Shown here piece after piece: positions 28,874-32,000 of a DNA stretch of 32,000 nucleotides. The notes under the pieces are model-generated. The model worked only from the letters and a program-made list of their open reading frames with translations, had not been told where the DNA came from and did no database searches. This DNA is from Wolbachia endosymbiont strain TRS of Brugia malayi (lineage in GTDB: Bacteria; Pseudomonadota; Alphaproteobacteria; Rickettsiales; Anaplasmataceae). The position numbers and the translations under genes were made by a program. Each line of letters opens with the position of its first letter. The stretch's first letter is position 1. The DNA is taken from assembly GCF_000008385.1 (NCBI RefSeq), contig NC_006833.1, positions 510,001-542,000 of the forward strand, given 5' to 3'.

Positions 28874-30115
28874 TTACACAAGCAAAGTTTGATGGATATT
28901 TTCCATTATATTACCGTAAGCAATTATCTTTTCTTCACCTGTATCCATATTTTTAATCTTTAAAGTTTTACTGCCCAGTTCTTCATTACCAAAAATTAAT
29001 GCAGCCTTAGCATTTGCCTGACTTGCTTTTTTCATTCGGTTTTTAAGCGCCCCGTTATACTCATAGATTACATATAAGCCATTCCTGCGCAATTCATTCG
29101 CAAGTGTCAAAGCATGCTCTTCAGCTTCTCTGCCAATAGGAACTAAGCAAATAGGTCTATCTCCCTTCATGGAATAGTTAATTAATTCCATTATGCGTTC
29201 AATACCCCCTGCAAATCCTATTGCTGGAGTATATTTTCCACCTACTGAAGATACCAGATTGTCATATCTTCCACCTGCAAAGACCGCCCCTTGTGCACCA
29301 AAATCCTCTATAACAAATTCAAACACTGTATGGCAATAATAATCCAGCCCTCGAACTAATTTACTATTTACAGTACAAGGTATATTGAGAGCTGTTAATC
29401 CATTTAGTATTTGCTCAAAGAAATCTGAGGATTCTCTTGTATAATAATCACTGATTTTGGGTGCATCAGAGATTATCAATTTATCTTTCTCATCCTTGGA
29501 ATCTAATATTCTGAGTGGGTTTTTAGTCAATCTATTTTGGCTGTCCTCTGATAGGTCATTTTGAAACTTTTTAAAGTACGGTATCAAAACTTCTTTGTAC
29601 TTAGCAATTGTTTCACTATCACCCAAAGAGTTAATTTCTAGTCTTACATTCTTGCTGATATTAAATTCAGTTAATAAATGATGAGCAAGCGATATCAATT
29701 CAATATCAGCTTTTGGATTTTCTACACCAAAAACCTCAAAATTTATTTGGTGAAATTGTCTCTGCCGTCCCTTTTGTGGTCTTTCATAGCGAAATGCAGG
29801 TCCTGTTGAAAATAATTTTATCGGTATTTGCAGTTTTTTTTCAACCAATAGCCTAACAATCGCTGCGGTGAACTCAGGACGTAAAGTTATGCTCTTTCCT
29901 CCCTTATCATAAAAAGTATACATCTCTTTATTAATAATGTCGGAACCATCACCTAAAGTTTTCATGAAGACTTCTGTATATTCAAATATCGGAGTTTGGG
30001 CAGGTAAAAAGCCGTAAAGACTTGAGATCCTATTTGCTATTTGCTGAATGTATTTAAACCTATACCATTCATCAAATAGAAGATCCTTTGTTCCTCTAAC
30101 TGTTTGATTAGTCAT
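28874..30115 (-). CDS. hisS: Histidine--tRNA ligase
   Basis: Class II aaRS motifs are present: [29 protein letters not shown] and [10 protein letters not shown] place the start at ATG 30115-30113 ([11 protein letters not shown]). The 30 extra codons of ORF 28874-30205 overlap the upstream gene and look non-coding. Confidence 0.9.
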   Translation of the reverse strand: MTNQTVRGTKDLLFDEWYRFKYIQQIANRISSLYGFLPAQTPIFEYTEVFMKTLGDGSDIINKEMYTFYDKGGKSITLRPEFTAAIVRLLVEKKLQIPIKLFSTGPAFRYERPQKGRQRQFHQINFEVFGVENPKADIELISLAHHLLTEFNISKNVRLEINSLGDSETIAKYKEVLIPYFKKFQNDLSEDSQNRLTKNPLRILDSKDEKDKLIISDAPKISDYYTRESSDFFEQILNGLTALNIPCTVNSKLVRGLDYYCHTVFEFVIEDFGAQGAVFAGGRYDNLVSSVGGKYTPAIGFAGGIERIMELINYSMKGDRPICLVPIGREAEEHALTLANELRRNGLYVIYEYNGALKNRMKKASQANAKAALIFGNEELGSKTLKIKNMDTGEEKIIAYGNIMENIHQTLLV

Positions 30116-30684
30116 AACGTAGTCTCTATACCTGAAACCTCTGGTATGTGGTAACACAGCATATTTTGCACTCCTTGTTTTAGGGTAATTGCAGCACTTG
30201 GGCATCCAGAGCAGGCTCCTTGCAGTTCAACATAAACTATTCCATCTTTATAGCCGCGGAATTTGATGTCGCCGCCGTCTTGAGCAACTGCAGGTTTGAT
30301 GTAATTTTCCATCAACTCCTTTATTCTATTTACAATTTCTATATCATTTTCATCGAAAAATTCCTCATCCGGTATGTTGTTGTCATTCACTCCTTTTCTA
30401 TCTAGTGCCTTCCCACCAGAGGTAAAGTGATCCATAACCGTAGTTAAAATTTCCACTTTTAATATGTCCCAACTAATCCCATCCGATTTTGTTACTGAAA
30501 TAAAATCATGGCCAAAAAATACTCTTATCACATGTTCTATTTGGAAAAGGTCTGCTGCTAATTTAGAATTTTTTATTTCATCTGGATTTGAAAAATCAGC
30601 AGTTTCCCTTTCGTTTAAAATCGCAAACCCAGGAAGAAATTTTAGCGTATTGGGGTTTGGTGTTTCTTCAATTTGAATGAACAT
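30112..30684 (-). CDS. Nfu/NifU-type iron-sulfur cluster scaffold (Nfu_N + NifU C-terminal domain)
   Basis: 190 aa. The N-terminus [19 protein letters not shown] is typical of the Nfu_N domain. The C-terminal part has VAQDGGDI...[21 protein letters not shown] with the CxxC motif. Its stop TGA (30114-30112) overlaps the hisS ATG (ATGA). Confidence 0.85.
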   Translation of the reverse strand: MFIQIEETPNPNTLKFLPGFAILNERETADFSNPDEIKNSKLAADLFQIEHVIRVFFGHDFISVTKSDGISWDILKVEILTTVMDHFTSGGKALDRKGVNDNNIPDEEFFDENDIEIVNRIKELMENYIKPAVAQDGGDIKFRGYKDGIVYVELQGACSGCPSAAITLKQGVQNMLCYHIPEVSGIETTL

Positions 30685-30843
30685 GTTATTTACCTGACGA
30701 TTATAATATTACTATTTAATCACAAAATGAAAAAAATATACACGTCATTCCTTTTTTGGCACTCATGGTAGGTTAAATTTACCCTACCTAAGGTAGTTGT
30801 GTCTTTCCTCAGAAGTCACACTAAAAATTATACTGGCAATAAC

Positions 30844-31014
30844 ATGTATATAGATGAGGCATTAAAAATACCGGAGCTAAATCCTGAAGCAAGTTAAAAT
30901 AAAATCAATAAAACATATCAAAATTTAATTAAGTTAGTTCATCCAGACAAAGGAGGCTTAGAATATTTTGTGCAAAAGTTAAATGCAGCACGTGATAAGT
31001 TGCTAAAAAGATAA
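30844..31014 (+). pseudogene. Minimal J-domain gene interrupted by an in-frame stop
   Basis: Translation reads MYIDEALKIPELNPEAS*NKINKTYQNLIKLVHPDKGGLEYFVQKLNAARDKLLKR*. It has the HPD tripeptide in canonical J-domain context (helix II-loop-helix III). TAA at 30895-30897 splits it. Confidence 0.6.
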
Positions 31015-31098
31015 TAACTGTCTATTACATAGTAACCATTAAAAATTTTTTCGGTTTCCCATATAAATTCTACTGCTGCAGACTTAAGTTATGAATCT

Positions 31099-31128
31099 AA
31101 ATAAGCACTCAAATTTGAGTGCTTATTT
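31099..31128. terminator. Perfect 30-nt palindrome, candidate bidirectional terminator between convergent genes
   Basis: aaataagcactcaaa|tttgagtgcttattt forms a 13-bp stem with a 4-nt loop. It lies 43 nt past the stop of the minus-strand gene (31171) and 85 nt past the J-domain stop. The stem ends in UAUUU on both strands, but there is no long U-tract. Confidence 0.45.
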
Positions 31129-31170
31129 CTTGAAAAAAACAGATATATACAGACATTAGTTTGTATTATC

Positions 31171-32000
31171 TCAGTGGAACTTAACAAGTTTATCTATAGT
31201 TTTAGTAATGATTCTTGGAGTATCCGGAGAAACCTTTGAATTAAGCCTATTTAGTTGCTCTATAGCAAATTCACTATTCTCATTGGCTATAAAATTACAC
31301 AAAATGTCTTCTATACTCTTAGTAATATTTTCATACTTTCTCAAAGGATGATTTTGTGGATACCTATTGATGGTTTTAATACTGGAATACTCGACAAAAG
31401 CTTGATCCTTAAAAGCAAGTTCTCTCAATTGTTCTTTAAGTTTTAATTCTTCCTCTTTTGCCAATAGGCAAGATTGTATCAGTGATTTTATGATTGAATT
31501 TATTGTTTGATGTATCTCATAATTTACTACAATATTAATAATATTCTCTTTTACCACACAATCATACATACTTTTTTCGCTCTTTAACAACTCTATCAAT
31601 GTTTCGCTATTTTGCGAATTTAATTCTAAATTTTCTTCGCTCATAGGAGTCATGATGAAGGTGTTTTTATTCACTCTAATGTTGAACTGTGGAGAGCCAC
31701 CAAAAAATGAAAGCACTATGCCCTTAGATTCAAGTGCATGATTACATGCAGAAAAGAGAGTGTGCGCTATAACACTGCTTGGCACCTTCATTCCGTGTTT
31801 ACTCAAGTGATGCAGTATATTTTCAACGTCATAATACGTGAAGTCTGAACTTTTTAGTAAATCAACAATCTCTATGCTATCTTGTTGTTTATACCTTATC
31901 CTTACCTCCTCTGTAAAAAGAGTTTTGGCTGCTACATGTTTATCAAGCACCGTGAAAATTTTGATGAAATTCTCTAAATCCTGTTTGTCAATTAATTCAA
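31171..32000 (-). CDS. Hypothetical protein, 5'-incomplete (frame stays open to the window end)
   Basis: The 259-aa ORF in the track begins at an internal GTG. Upstream codons ELIDKQDLENFIKIFT continue without a stop to position 32000. I recognise no motif. A coiled-coil-like stretch AKEEELKLKEQLRELAFKDQ is present. Confidence 0.55.
   Translation of the reverse strand, partial: ELIDKQDLENFIKIFTVLDKHVAAKTLFTEEVRIRYKQQDSIEIVDLLKSSDFTYYDVENILHHLSKHGMKVPSSVIAHTLFSACNHALESKGIVLSFFGGSPQFNIRVNKNTFIMTPMSEENLELNSQNSETLIELLKSEKSMYDCVVKENIINIVVNYEIHQTINSIIKSLIQSCLLAKEEELKLKEQLRELAFKDQAFVEYSSIKTINRYPQNHPLRKYENITKSIEDILCNFIANENSEFAIEQLNRLNSKVSPDTPRIITKTIDKLVKFH

Noticed and set aside
30116-30205. 30-codon N-terminal extension of hisS ([30 protein letters not shown])
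   Set aside because: It overlaps the 3' end of the upstream Nfu-type gene in another frame. HisRS homology begins at [11 protein letters not shown], and an ATGA overlap gives a natural start.

Overview
This is a visibly AT-rich, Rickettsiales-type chromosomal window. Gene content, ankyrin-repeat genes, a bifunctional ispDF and heavy gene decay fit a Wolbachia-like reduced endosymbiont best; this is inference, since no database search was possible. Intact-looking genes are purE (partial), a Fe3+-type periplasmic binding protein, nadK, rpmE, fabD, gpmI, gyrA, petA, rsmA, tpiA, ispDF, purH, hisS and an Nfu/NifU-type Fe-S scaffold. There are also two lineage-specific hypothetical proteins and three tRNAs (Asn-GUU, Val-UAC, Thr-UGU). 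About ten genes are decayed. The 6.3 kb between tRNA-Asn and tRNA-Val holds only one repeat copy and pseudogenes: two ankyrin-repeat genes, a HAD-like gene and two unassignable ones. Two tandem MsbA-like ABC exporter paralogues are both damaged. There are tilS-like and heme-copper-oxidase-subunit-I-like remnants and a J-domain mini-gene with an internal stop. The most unusual signal is a four-copy, 0.43-0.65 kb modular non-coding repeat at 283-927, 7519-8105, 17386-17815 and, inverted, 26601-27127. It carries a conserved -35/-10-like motif, several hairpins and a ~75-bp block inverted in one copy. Its right end always sits against the 3' end of a convergent gene, and a miniature two-box derivative lies in frame inside ispDF. 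No rRNA, CRISPR array, transposase, integrase or phage structural gene was recognised.
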